DNA of 63,904 nt, counting the filler, from Olpidium bornovanus S191 (Eukaryota; Fungi; Olpidiomycota), in the NCBI GenBank assembly GCA_017911155.1. It is 23 parts of 23 records of this genome, joined end to end, with 100 filler letters (N's around TTAATTAATTAA, not from the genome) between each part and the next. Parts side by side here need not be neighbours in the genome. Positions count along the whole stretch, not along the records: positions 1 to 13,820 come from JAEFCI010000502.1; 22 more parts are not named here. One strand, 5' to 3'. The position numbers and the translations under genes are program-made. Of the stretch, positions 1 to 12,310 are shown piece after piece (within the stretch, counting starts at the first letter, position 1; each line of letters opens with the position of its first letter). The notes under the pieces are model-generated. The model was given only the letters and a program-made list of their open reading frames with translations. It did not search any database and was not told the origin of the DNA.

Positions 1-313
1 AAAAGAGTACAAAAGGTTTTCAGGGGCTCGATGTTCCGGCTCGTTTTCTTTTTTCTTAACGCGTGGGCCGCGGAGCATTTTCTATTCGAACCCCAATCGC
101 ACCCCCCCCCACCCCGCGCCCCCCCCCCCCCCCCCCCCCCCCCTTCTCTTCCCTTCCCCACGCCCCCTTTCGCCCCCGCGAGCGCCGCCCGCCTCCCCGA
201 CTGTTTTCCGCGCCGAACTGGCGCGGGCTTTTCCGGCCAGGTGTCCGCCAGCGCACTTTCACCACGGCGGCCGGGGCAGCAGCCGGCAGCCGGCAGCTCA
301 AGAGCACCCAGCC

Positions 314-314
<1 letters not shown>

Positions 315-344
<30 letters not shown>
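315..344 (+). repeat. (CAG)10 microsatellite upstream of the Acinus-like gene
   Basis: Direct reading of cagcagcag... at 315-344. Confidence 0.9.
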
Positions 345-346
<2 letters not shown>

Positions 347-670
347 CTGACCGCGGCGGAGGAGGCTGGTGGTTAAGTCTCCAACGACGCAGCGCCTTCC
401 CCCCCTCACCCCCCCCCTTCGTTCCACGCGCCGCCGGCCCCCGTTCCGTTCCCCCGCCCGCGCGCTCTGCTCGCCGCCTCCGCGCGCGCCCTTCCCCGCC
501 GCCGCCGACACAGAAATTTTTCCCAAACTTAACATCCCAGACCGCCTCCTTTTGCCTCCCTCATCCCTCCCCATTCCCCCGGTAAGGTTGGCTCGAGGCG
601 CGTCGGAGAACTAAGGCGTAACCCGCTTTCGCCGGAGCGCGCCGAAGGTGAAAGAAAAAAAAAACCAGTG

Positions 671-3045
671 ATGTCGGCGCCGCCGTCCACTCCGCGCAAG
701 GACAGCGCCGACCTGAACTCGCTCAAGGTCGTGGAGCTTCGCGCGGAGCTCTCGTTGCGGCACCTGTCCCCGAAAGGCCTGAAGAAGGACCTCGTCAAGC
801 GCCTCGCCGACGCGTTGGAGCGGGAGACCGGCCCCGCCCAGCTTGAGCGCGCGCTCGGCGTTCCGCGGGACGACGTCGACAACGAGGGGGCCGAAGGCGA
901 AGACGAAGGCCACGACAAGGAGGACGCCAATCCCGAAGGCGAGGAGGGCGCGGAGGAGGACAGCCCCGATGGCCCCGGTGCGGGAGACAAGGGTGGCCGC
1001 GGCGCAGGAGACGAGGGTGGCCCCGGCGCGGGAGACGAGGGTGGCCCCGGCGCGGGAGACGAGGGTGACTCCGGTGCGAAAGATGAGGGTGGCCCCGACG
1101 ACGGCGGCGCGGGGGACGCCGACGCGGCCCGGGACCCCGCCCAACCGACCGCAAAGGACTCTTTTCATAAGTCGGCCAAGGGCGCCGCTGACGAACCGGA
1201 GTTCGCGCCGGAGAATTCCCAACCGGCCGGGAAGAAAAACGCGGCCGAAGAGCCGGTTGCGGACAAAGCCCCGATGAGCAAGCGGTCCGAGCCGGACCAG
1301 GGAAAACAGTTGCGTAAGGCGGTCGAGCAGCCTTCGCTTTCTCTGCGTTCCCAACCGTCGCCTGCGAAGTCCTCGCGGGCGAAGGGGATAAACGCGGGCG
1401 AGCTACCGGCCGGGCGGCACTCCCCCGCCAAAGACGTGACTGCGACGTCTCCGCAGAGGACGCCGGAGGGTAACGCGAAGCCTGCCGCCGCGGAGGATGC
1501 GGCGGAGCAGTCGGCCGATCAGCAGATGGCGGAGACGGAACCGGCGGCCGAGGACGCCACTCGTAAACGCGGCCGGGAACCGGAGTCTGCGGCAGTTGAC
1601 GTTTTGCCAATCGAACGGCCGCGCAACGAGAACCCCCCCGGACCATCGATTAAGCGCACTTGTACCGAGGAAGAGAGGCTTGCCGACGTGCAGATGACCG
1701 ACGCCGCGGCTGTTGCGTCTGGCCCGCCCCCGCCGCTGCCGGCGCCGGTACCCTTGAGTGACGAAAGCGTTGGTAAGGACTGTGTTGGTAAAGCATCCGC
1801 TGCGGCTGCTTCGCTTGGGGACCCTGCTGGGGCGCAGAAGGCGGTTCCTGAGAATGCCGGCGGGTTAGCTGAAGCCGCGCCAAAGAAAAAACGGGCCTTT
1901 AGCCCGATAAAGCCGCCGTCACCCGTCAAATCCTCACCGCCGCCTCCGACGACCAAATCGGCGCGCACTGCAAGCGCCAGTTCCGGACGGAGTCCCGGCG
2001 TGATTGGGACCAAAGGAAAAGCGGGTGGCAACGAAGACGCCAGCGTAGAGCGTGAGCAATACGTTTTTTTCCAAAATTCAAGACCTTCGTTCAGCCCGCG
2101 CCGGCCCTGCCCAGCCTGCAACGCTAAAACCCGCTCCGCATCTTTACCTCGGATGCAGGGCAAAGCACTTCGGCGCCGAAGTTTGCAGAATCGGCCACTA
2201 TATTCATCCTGGGACTGCACAGACCGTTTACGAATCCCGCTTTAAAGAGAATGCTTGAGGAACACGGGACGGTCGAATACTTTTGGATTGATAATATCAA
2301 ATCGCACTGTTATGTTACGGTTGGTGACCGCGATTTTTTTGCGGGTGTTATTTCGTCTGGGACGCAAGCGCTCGGCCAAACTTAAGGACGTATTATAGCT
2401 CATCTTCCCCTTCCGCCTTTTTCGCAGTTTTCTGATTTGCCGTCTGCGATATTGGCGCGATCGCAAATCCACGGCACGGTGTGGCCGCCCCAGACCGGAC
2501 ACAAGCTCACAGTGGATTTCATTACGACCGAACGGATGCGGGCCCTTGTGGAAGAGGAAGAAAAGGAGCAGCAGGCGCGCAGGCGGGTCCGGGTGGTGGA
2601 GAGCGCGGACCCGGACGTTGTCCTCGTAGTCGAAGACATCAGCACGGTCAGGCACAAGCCAGCAAGTTTTGGCCTGGCGTCGACCGCGGCGCCTCCCTCC
2701 TCGGACGCAACTCCCGGCAGCGATGCGGCTCGCAGGACCTCCGGCGGCGGCATCCTGAGTCGCCTAGGCGGACTGGCTCCTCCAGCGCCCGCCCAATCCT
2801 CGGCCAACGCCGCCACCGCCGCCGCGGAGCAGCCGCACAAGGACTCCCACCGCCATGATCCAGAAGCCGCACCTTCCTGGAGAAACTGCGCCGTTCCGGA
2901 TTCCTCGGCCCGGAGCAAGGCCTCGGCGCCGAAGCACGTGCCTCCCGACCAAATTTTCCAAAAGACGGAGACCAAGCCCCAGCTTTACTACCTGCCGCTC
3001 ACCGACAAGCAAATCGCGGAGAAGCTCCAATGCAAGGCGCCGTGA
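671..3045 (+). CDS. ACIN1: Acinus-like (ASAP complex/EJC-associated) SAP + RRM + RSB-motif protein, 3 exons (approx. 671-2051, 2159-2319, 2428-3045)
   Basis: N-terminal SAP domain LNSLKVVELRAELSLRHLSPKGLKKDLVKRL. Spliced RRM IFILGLHRPFTNPALKRMLEEHGTVEYFWIDNIKSHCYVT|FSDLPSAILARSQIHGTVWPPQTGHKLTVDF matches the Acinus RRM pattern (FWIDxIKSHC). C-terminal DQIFQKTETKPQLYYLPLTDKQI matches the RSB motif. GT-AG introns restore the frame. Confidence 0.9.
983..1102 (+). repeat. 24-bp coding tandem repeat (about 5 copies, GDEGGPGA)
   Basis: GDKGGRGA GDEGGPGA GDEGGPGA GDEGDSGA KDEGGPDD in the Acinus-like ORF. Confidence 0.85.
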
Positions 3046-4593
3046 CGTCCCGATTTCTTTCCTCCCTCCGTTTCCGCCCCCCGCATCCCCCCCCCCCGCT
3101 CCTCTTTCCCCCAATTTCTCCCCGCTTCGTTGCCCCGGTGTGCTCGATTGTCGGTGTAGGCAAAAAAGCGTCTCTTCCCTACCCGTGACCTCGATATGGT
3201 GTAGGATCGCGGTGGGGAGGAAGAGGGGAATGGGGAGGGGGGGGGGGCTGGCTTGGGCAGAACACAAGTTTATGAATAAAGTGCGGGAATTTCTCGCCCG
3301 TGAATGCGGCGGAAAGTGAAAAGCGTGGGCAGGACGACAGGGGTCCCTCCTCCCCGCACCTTCGGACTGCGCATCGTCAGTTTTGGTGGGGAGGCGGCGT
3401 GGGGGAAGGGAGGGAGGGGGGGATTTGTCCGTTATTTGAAACAACGGGCTTGGCCGATCCGTGGGGTGGGCGTTCCCGGGGAATAACGGCGGCCTGAATT
3501 TTGCACGGGGAATTTTTCTTCAAAACGGGAGAAAACCGGGGGGAGGGGGGATCGCAGAACAAATCAAACTTCCCCCCGAAGGGGGACTGGGAATGGAGGA
3601 AAATTATTTTATGAGTATACAGATTTTAGTTCGTACCAATTCACACGAACTCAAAGGGTACGAACTCAAGCAAAAAAAAAAAAAAAGCCTCGTTTAAGTA
3701 AAGAGCGAGGGAGGCGAAAAGCGGTGACTCGCTTTCATCTGCGAGCGTCAAAAAAAACTATAAATAAATCTATGTACAAGGCGCGCGTCACACGTCTACA
3801 CGCGTCAACTTTTTCCGATATCTCCAGTGGGCTTCTCCCTCCCGCCGTCAAAACCGCAAACAAAGGAGAGAAAAAGGAAGACGGAAAGCAGAATACCTTT
3901 GTAACAATAACTATATTGCTGCACATCCCAGGCCAACGATACAAAAAGGGGGCGAAAGGCGTAAGGATTTACCGCCGGAGAGAAGGACGGAAGAATGGTC
4001 GGCAGGACATTATCACTCTACTCGACTCGGTCGCGTTCGCTCTTAGACGCGAACGCAACGGGCCTCGGAATGACAAAGCTCTCGCTGGCTACAAAGGGAC
4101 GAGAGGCCCTGTCGTGCAGGGACCACACCACGTAAGAGGTGTACGTCAAGCCCCAACTCCGTTTCCCCGTCGCGCACGTGCAGGAGTGGTGAGGGGTGTG
4201 GGGGAGGAATCGGAGGTGGGAGCGCAGCGGCTTTTGGTGCGGTTGCCACTGGGTCCAGGTTTCGGGAAAGCAACGTTGTAAATTTTGGGGATTGTGATAG
4301 TCGTGACTGTAGACAAAAAGCACTGCGCTTGGCTTCTCAAGCGGGAGGGCGGCAAAACAAACGTTGGAAAACATTTATTAGTCGAATGAATTAGATGCCA
4401 AGCTGTCTTTGCCGAACAAACCCGGCCGTTTCGTCCATTGTCGAAGGCGGCAGCAACGCCAAAACGAACGCCTCGAGGGAACCCACCGCAGCGCGGGGAT
4501 CCTCTCACCCTCCGCGCCGCCAGAGACCAGGTGTTCTTCGACGAAAACCCAAGGGGCAGTGGGAAGGGAGGGGGATGGAGGGGGGGGGGGGGG

Positions 4594-4624
<31 letters not shown>

Positions 4625-5361
4625 AGCCGATGCCGAGAAACGGTGCGCGCCGAGGCGTCCGCCCGGGCTGCTTGCCGAGGGCAGCGATGGGACGCCGTTT
4701 TTCGTCGTTCTGGAGACGCGGAAGCGAAGCGGAAAAGCTCCGGATAGGGGGTGGGAGGGAGGGGGGAAAAAGAGAGAGGAAGGGACGGGTGGAGGGGGAG
4801 GGAAGGAGGAGAGAGAATTATCTTCAGAGAGAGAGGAGCGCCCTCGCGCGCAGGCACAACGACCGGGCGGACGGTGACCGCGACCAAATCCCGCGGGGCC
4901 GCGATGTCTTGTTGCGCCTGGCGCTTTGGCCGGGAAGCGAGGCGCGACGCCCGCGTGAACATCCTGCGTAACACCACGGGCTCACGCGCGTCCGCGCGTG
5001 CCGGGCCGGCTCTGCCGTTGGAACACGCGGTAAAATTGCCCTGCTGCGCGCGCGCGGGACGAGAGAGGGGGGAGGCGGAGGAAGGATGGGACAGGATAAC
5101 TCTCCCCGCACCTGAAACCGGAGAAAACCGTTAATCGCAAAGCAAAAGACCAAGGGAGAAATAAAACAAAAAACAAGCAATATTCTCCCAGCAAGAAAAA
5201 GTCTTTTGGGCGACCCCTTTGCTGGAGGAGGGGAAGCGGAGAGGGGAGGGCGGGGGAAGAGTGGGGGAAAACGCGGGGGCCTCAAAAGAATTATCACCCC
5301 GTCCTCCACGCTCCCCTCACTTTTCCCTTCCCTCCCCCCTTCCCAACGACAAAAAAAAAAA

Positions 5362-6254
5362 ATGCGCCACGCGCCGGCGATTGCCGCGTTGGTCGAAGCG
5401 CTCGCGCTGGCCGTCTTTGGGTTCAACAGAAACGAGGACCTGCCCCAACTTCTGCCGGACAAGCAAATGCACTTCGCCGCGTTCTCCGTCCTGTCCGGGA
5501 CGGTGTACTGGATATGGGATTTCCGGGCCGCCGGCGGCGCCCGGCGGCGTAAGGGGTGGAGGAGGATAGACACCGGGGAGCCGCCGCCGCCGCGGCTGCC
5601 CGGTAATCGGAAAAAGAAGTCTTCCCCCCGGCCCTGGGCGAACTGCGGCCTCACCCTGCTGGTGATGTCCGTCACCGCCGTAACGAGCGAACTCGTCCAG
5701 GGGCTTCTTCCGGCAAGTCGGGAAAACCTCGGGGGAGGGGGGGCAGGGGAGGGGGGGGGACATTGAGGAATGCGCACGGGGTATACGAATTGAGAAAGCG
5801 GCATTTTCTTTTTCCTCTTCATCTCCTTTGAACCGCTTGCGGACATGTGGCCTCGTGTTCTTTTTTTTCTCCGCCCCTCTCGTCTGCGCCTTTGTATCGC
5901 CTTTCCCCGTCCCACAGTACCGGACCTTCGATCCTTACGACATACTGGTGGGTTGCCTTCCCATTTCCCACACCAAAATCCGCCGCAGCAGTAGCAGAAA
6001 ACGGCGCGTTAAGTTGGTTTTCTTTTTATTTCTAATTTTTGTTTTTTTTTCATTCCGGCGGGGTATTTGGGACCTCTCAATTGACCTCCCTGTCCCCAAC
6101 CCCTACGGCCCGCAAATTCTTCAAAAAAAAGGCCAACTGCAAAGGCGTATTTGCAGGCGTCGGCGTGGCCACCGCCGTCGACCTCAGCCTTGCGCGCCGG
6201 TACAGAGGGCTGGCCGCGGCCTCGGAAGCGGAGGCCGCGACGCACGAAGTGTGA
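5362..6254 (+). CDS. VanZ-like family membrane protein, 3 exons (5362-5712, 5918-5947, 6132-6254)
   Basis: DKQMHFAAFSVL ... SELVQGLLP|YRTFDPYDIL|ANCKGVFAG follows the VanZ-like pattern DK.lHf..f...sE.vQ.llP.R.fd..D...N..G. Intron 1 needs a GC donor (GCAAGT at 5713). Confidence 0.85.
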
Positions 6255-7039
6255 AAAGGAGAGCGGGGGCCAAAAAAAAAAAAAAAAACCGCGGACTATT
6301 CTTTCGGACGGGCGGCTTTGGCAAGAGCTTAGGAAAAAAAACCCCTTTTTCTGACAAACCGCGCGAGGCGCCAGGCAGACTTACTTTGAATCGGTCCGTT
6401 TTGAGGGAAAGTTCACGCGCGAAAACGGGATGGAAACGGAGTGGGCGTTGTGGTTGAAGCCGTCCGAACGGGCGGGTGTTCGCATGATCAGCGTTGTCGC
6501 CCAGGCGGGGCGGGGGTCGGAGAGGGGAGCGGAGGGGGAATGGAAAGCGGGGAAGGGAGGGGGGGGGGTGAAAGCTTTTCTTTTTTCTTGTCACTGACAA
6601 CCCCCACACCCTTTCGCCGGACCGCAGCACACGCGCGCTGCCGCGCGCGCGTTGACGATGCAGCGTGCCCGCGCGCACCCCCCCCCCCCCCCCCGCCCCC
6701 CCCCCCCCCCCCCCCCCGGCACGCGCAACAGACACGCGCGCGCGCGCGCGAGACGCCGGGCTCGTCGCTGTCACGCGCTCGCCCTGACGTGCGCGCCCGG
6801 CCGGGGGAAGGCGCGGACCGACGGGTTCTGTGGGCGGGGGGTTGTCGTTTTCGTTTTTCTTTTTCTTTTGGGCAAGACTAGGGACACACCCCTCCCTGCT
6901 ACGGCACCCCCTCCCGGGAACAATGGGAGACGGGGACACGAGACGGAAACAGAGACAGAGGAGACGGAGACAGAGTCAGAGGGAAACACCAACTGAATTC
7001 GCAAGAATGTGCAAATACCCTTCTCATCCAGCACAGCTG

Positions 7040-7260
7040 AGATCTGGGTGTATGTTTGCCGCAGAATTTCGCATCGTGCACTGAAGTTGGTGCGTGAGGA
7101 GTTGACGAAAGCACTGCGTGACAATGATACTGCAACGTCGTGCACACGCATTACAAGCACCATGGGCCTGACATGCTCTATTCGTGTTTGCAAAATTTTG
7201 GCACACATTCAGAGGCACTTGGTCATGAGAACCACCTTAGCCTGGATGCTCCATGCCTGC
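7040..7260 (+). mobile_element. Possible degenerate Mutator-like (MULE) transposase C-terminal fragment
   Basis: ISHRALKLVREEL...TSCTRITSTMGLTCS resembles the fungal MULE ISxxAL...CT..FT.TMGLPC(A/S)H motif. Recognised by eye only. Confidence 0.4.
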
Positions 7261-7828
7261 CAGTCCTTCCCTTTGAACACAGGAAGTTTCTTTGTGCTCC
7301 CAGTAGCCATCCCAAAATTACTTGGGCTCGTAACGTCTTGAGAATGAATAGTAGGATGACCAGATTCTTAAAAAGATGAAGGGGGTGCGTTTTTTTATTA
7401 TCCAAGATTTTTTTTCTTGGCGAAGAGACTGCCGATTCTAGAACCGTTTGTTGCCGACGATGTGTTCCGCCAAGGAAAGTCTAACTGTGGTGACCGTTTG
7501 CCGATTTAACGTATCCCACAGACGCAATGCTCAAAAGAAGACTATACCTGGTTTGCTTTGAGATGTTTTGCTCTTGCTTTCTTTTTTTTATGTGCCAATC
7601 GCCAAACCGTTTATGCAAAAAATGTGCGTGAGAAGGGGCTTTCTTTTGTTACGTATTTGTCGATATCCCAAGCGTTATGAAAACACAAAACGAAGTCCGA
7701 AATCCCCAACGACCGAAACAATAAGTTATGAGCGAAAGGCGGCTGTCCTGAGCCTACTGCCGCTGCCCTGAGCCCCGAAGCCTGACTTTGCCTCCGCCGC
7801 CGGCCATCAGCCATCTTCCCCGTCGCGC

Positions 7829-7870
7829 CCTCCGCCGAGCCGCGACCTCCGCCGAGCCGCGACCTCCGCC
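7829..7870 (+). repeat. 17-bp tandem repeat, about 2.5 copies
   Basis: cctccgccgagccgcga twice plus cctccgcc. Confidence 0.85.
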
Positions 7871-7989
7871 AAGCGCGCACCACAGTCAGAGAAGAGGACT
7901 TATGCGTGGCCAGTAACGATGACGTCAGCCATGCGTACTCCACAAGCATGCTTCATGGAGGATATGACAGTGACAACGTTCGAAGAAAC

Positions 7990-8760
7990 ACAGAGAACAG
8001 TAGCGCTAAGTGTTATTTCATGGTTAAACCACTCCTGTCTGATGTTCCTAAATACACGGAGGTGCACTAACCCTTGAGGTCTTCATTTTTAGGGTTAACA
8101 CATACAAACACCACTCCGCAAGTCTTGTACTAGACACTTGGAAACTGTCACAAGCAGTAGCAAAACTCGAAAAGTCGCAGCCTCGCTTTGGCTAAACCAT
8201 GAGAGACAATATCCACCGGGTCACGTACTTCACTGGACCACATGGCCACAACTCCGTGAGGTGCTCCGCAAATGTTCCTACTGGGCAGAATACGATATGC
8301 AAATCTGCAAGAAGCTGTTGCGTTTCGACCACACAAGATTCCAGAATGCCCACGCATCCATGGACGCTTTCAACAACATGTTAATGTAGCTCCCGGGCAA
8401 AACATCGAATAACCTAACGTGGTTATGTGCTTACAGGCCAGTCTTGCCCCCTGAATTGGAAAAGGCGTTACTACTAATGACTGAATTGCCTCAAAATATG
8501 CAAGACTTGCAAAATGCAGCAGTCTGCCTAGCACCGTTCATAAAATGGCCAAAACAATGGCATGCCCAGGAGCAACCGATGCCCAAGCGAACCTTGTAGG
8601 AGGTAAAGAAAAGGATAAAAAGGGTGATGTGAGCTTTAACTCTTTCACCCATTTCCGAACACAAACAGGAAAACTCATTCCGTGGACCGAAATCGAGTGT
8701 CGCGGGTGTCATAACAAGGGTCATATTGCGAAATTATGCCCTACGCAGAATGACCGGCAA
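7990..8760 (+). mobile_element. Degenerate LTR-retrotransposon gag relic (Ty3/gypsy-like) with CCHC zinc knuckle
   Basis: Frame-broken gag-like segments EVFIFRVNTY..DTWKLSQAV / AASLW...WTTWPQLREVL, plus CRGCHNKGHIAKLC (C-x2-C-x4-H-x4-C). Several stops and frameshifts. Confidence 0.6.
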
Positions 8761-9199
8761 GAAAATGGTAACACGCAGGGCAAAGTTTTTGGAGGAGTTC
8801 GCGTTCGAATTGTACTCAGAGAAACAGAGAGATGCATACGGGGGATTGCTATATGGGAGAAGTCACGTGACTATCAACAACAACCCCCCTCAACGACAGC
8901 GTTGGAAAGGCGGCGGCGGGATTTAGACGGGTCCATCAGAAAAAGTGGCGGCGAAACTATCCATGAAAAAGGGAAATGGAGAAGGAAAATGAAAACGGAA
9001 GGAATCGTGGAATATGAAGCAAAATCCGCAAGAAAGTTAGGAAAATGGCAAGATCCTTGACCCGCTCACTCCCCGCCCTTACCCCCCCCCTTGACATGGA
9101 TCCCGTAGAGCTTGACGAAGCCGGTCGTGTTAGGCGTAAAGGTGGTGATCAGGGTGACAAGAGCCAAGCATGAATGCTGGACACCGATCAGATGGGAAC

Positions 9200-9700
9200 A
9201 GTAACGACGTTCATCGCCGCATGATGACGTTGAAGTCTGGTGTGTGTAGTCCCTTCGTGAGCATATCCGCGATGTTGTCGTGTGAGGCGATCGCGATGGT
9301 GTCGATCCGCTTGTTCTTAACACATTCTCCAATGAAGAGATGCTTGATTTTGATATGCTTGCTGCGGCGGCCGACTTGCAAATGTCCTTAGTGACATGGA
9401 TGGCACCGGCATTGTTGATATGAAGGCATGTTGGGGAGGCATCCCTGGTGAGCGTGATGTAGATTTGAAGCACAACAGTGATCTGTCGGGCTGCTTCACT
9501 TGCAGCCGCGATTTTAGTCTCATTACTGGATTGTGCAATGATGGTTTGTTTGCCGGAGCGCCAATCGACCATGGCCTCACTGAAATGAAGTGGGTGGCCG
9601 GTCGTTGATTTCCTGTCGCAGATGGCTGAGGCCCAATCCGAGTCGGAATACGCCTTCAGAGAGGGTAGCGCAATGGTGTTGTTGGTGTCGACGTCGGCGT
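9200..9700 (-). mobile_element. Ty1/copia RNase H relic
   Basis: KAYSDSDWASAICDRKSTTG; WRSGKQTIIAQSSNETK; (frameshift) SKHIKIKHLFIGECVKNKRID...NIADMLTKGL are all copia RNase H motifs. Confidence 0.85.
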
Positions 9701-10189
9701 CCTGTGTGAGCGACGCGGCAGAGAAAAGTGTTAAATTTTTTGCTGTTTCACGCCATTCTCCCCTGGTCTTTTTATCTCTGCACTTCTCTCTTGCCTTCCG
9801 TTATTTGTTCCCTGCCTTTCCTTGTCTTTTCTCTGTCTCTCTGTGTCAATTTTAAGCGGTTCTGCGCTTTTTAGGTTACTTAATGCAAAGTACCCTAGCC
9901 CCCACTGCCGTAGTAACAGGGGGGTACCCCAAACGCGTTACAGGAGATTCTGAGCGCTCCCCGCGTTTTTGCCAGATTTTGAACCTGGATTTCTCAGCCG
10001 CCACCAAACCGATTCCAACGAAACTTGGGGGAACCCACCGTCCCGCTCGCGCGCACCCACTCCCCACGTTATAAGCCGATTGGTGCCCAGACGGCGGAGA
10101 ACGAGAGTAAAACGTTTTAGAACAGAGTACTTCTGACCTTTTTTTGACGACTGTTGCGGGGATACGTGCGATCGGCGAACGGTCAGCGC

Positions 10190-10340
10190 TGTTGAGTTAT
10201 GTGTTTCGGCGTCCGTGACGACAGGTTTAAAAAGGGAGTTTACGGGTCATAGTACAATGGAAAATTTAGGGGTTCCGATCAAGGGAAGAATGCAAGGGAA
10301 GTAAAGGAAGGAAATAACGTAAAATGTAACACTCCTCTTC
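10190..10340 (-). mobile_element. Putative 3' LTR (10331 to 10190, TGTT...AACA) with polypurine tract (10340-10332) of the adjacent copia element
   Basis: Minus strand, about 55 nt after the RNase H stop: GAAGAGGAG then TGTTAC...TCAACA. An alternative end (GCAACA near 10152) is possible; no second LTR is available to confirm. Confidence 0.5.
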
Positions 10341-10393
10341 GTTAAAAAACGGTAATGATAAAGTTTTGATAACCCAAGAGGAATTAAACGTCA

Positions 10394-11610
10394 TTACCCT
10401 GGAAAAAAACCAAGCTGAGCGACGCATTGAACAAAGCCTGGGCGGGGAAGATTATTAGTAAAAATGTTGGCTGTGTTGTTTTGCGGTGCAAACCGGGCGG
10501 ACTTTGATGGTCCCTTGGTGAGCTTGTTCTTTGATGAAAAAGTGTTAATGCTTATGTGTTTGGAGCGAGTGCCGGTTTTCTTGTCGTTGGTAGCTAACTC
10601 GACAGCCCCTTGGTTGTCCATAAACAAATCAGTGGGCGTCTGCGGTTCTGCGATACAAGAAAGAAGAGTACGAAGCCAAATAATCTCCTGCATTGCTGCA
10701 GAGGCAGTGACGAGCTCGGCTTCAGTGGATGATATGGTAACTTAAGGCTGCTTTGACGACCGCCAGGAGATAAGCGAATTATTACAAAAAATAATGTAAT
10801 GGGTGATCAAATGGCGATCGGGAGGATGCTTAGCAAAATCACTGTCGGCGAAAGCATGAAGTGTAGTACGCGCATTGACAGGAAATCAAACGCCAAGGCG
10901 AGCATGGCTTTTGAGATAGCGAATGACTCACTCCAATACCGCCCAATGCTCAGGGGCTGGATTCACTATGAAGCGTGATAAGAAACTGACAGCGGCAGAG
11001 ATATCGAGGCGGGTACAGGTGGCAAGATAAAGCATGCTGTCGACGAGTTTGCAGGTATCAATGTTGTTCCTCAAGCGATGCTTAACTTTCGCACGGACGG
11101 AGGTGACAAATGGCTTCGAGCTCCAGAGGCATAACGACTGGATGACAGTCTGAGTATTGCATTTTGGTTAAGAGGCAAAGAACATACTGCTCCTGGTCCA
11201 GAAAAAAACCAGTGGCATGAGTCGTTACGCGCATTCCAAAAATTTGTGTTAAAGCGCTGCCATCATTTAGTTCAAACTTAGCAGCGAGGCGCTGTTCCAA
11301 GGATTGAAGGATTGGAAGGTGTGGTCCAGAGATCACACGGTCGTCAACATAAATAGCGAGTAACGCTATAATCTGGCCATTCTGATGATGCGTGTAAGGG
11401 CAAGGCTCATGCGTTTCCAAAAGGATTTGTATATCCTTAAGCTCCTTTTCCACTCATGGACAGATTGCTTGAGGCCGTATAAGGCCTTGCGAAGCTTCTA
11501 AACGTGAGTCGAAGATGTACTGGATAAGCCATTGGCTGTCTCAGGTTGTTCCATGTGAACATCATGATTGAGAGGCGCTTCCAGGTACGCCATTGGCAAC
11601 ATCATGGCTG
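10394..11610 (-). mobile_element. Ty1/copia RT-RNase H relic (stops and frameshifts)
   Basis: KLRKALYGLKQS, LAIYVDD, FADSDFA, ISWRSSKQ*VTISSTEAEL, IIWLRTLL, DNQGAVELA, RSKHI. Confidence 0.92.
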
Positions 11611-11932
11611 CTGTACTGCGGCAAGGATAAGTGTCTATTCCTCTCCCTCGTCAGGTCTGAGCAAGGCGCTACAGGTAAGGTGACGAGGGTCGACGAGGGC
11701 AGGTTGGGCTAGGCTAATCTAGGTTAAAGTCGAGTTAAGTGCGTTCGAAGTCGAGCTACGGAGCGGAAGGGACGCTATTTATGTACGTCGACGCCGAGCG
11801 GAAGGCAGGTCGACGGCAGAGTCGTCCTTCGACGTCGTGCCGTCGACGCGGTGCGTCCGGTCCCTTCCCGCGCGGTTACCACGCGGGGCTCCGAGCTTTT
11901 GCGTGCAGTGGGGTGGGGGGGGGGGGGGGGGG

Positions 11933-11965
<33 letters not shown>

Positions 11966-12310
11966 AGGGGGAAAGCCCTTTGATTGGCGGGCTTCGAGGG
12001 GGGGAAGGGAGGGAAACGTTCTTCGATTGGTGGGCTTCGAGGGGGACTATTCCATTGGTCGACCCCCGGGTTCGGGGCCGTCCTGCCCTCGAACATGCCG
12101 CCGCTTCCGCCCTTCGACCGCCTCTCGCCCTTTGCCCTGCCCCCTTCGCCCGCCGCCCCTCTTCCGCCGTCCTTCGCCCGCCGCCCGCCTTCTGTGGCGT
12201 CGGTTGACGGACGGTTCGAGGGCCGTGCTACAGCACACTAGGGCGGGATGAGGTTAAAATTTCCTTGGATAAGCCACTTGCCCGACTATACTGGGAGTAC
12301 AAAGGAGATA

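Noticed and set aside
31-614. Several overlapping Pro/Gly/Arg-rich ORFs upstream of the Acinus-like gene
   Set aside because: Products of G/C homopolymers and CAG repeats in stop-poor GC-rich DNA; no domain or splice support.
3720-5200. Possible minus-strand multi-exon gene between the Acinus-like and VanZ-like genes
   Set aside because: Some protein-like segments (e.g. WGLTYTSYVVWSL) but I could not build a consistent model or recognise a family.
10081-10098. TGGTGCCC as a retrotransposon primer-binding site
   Set aside because: Not preceded by an LTR-ending CA and no gag follows in that orientation.
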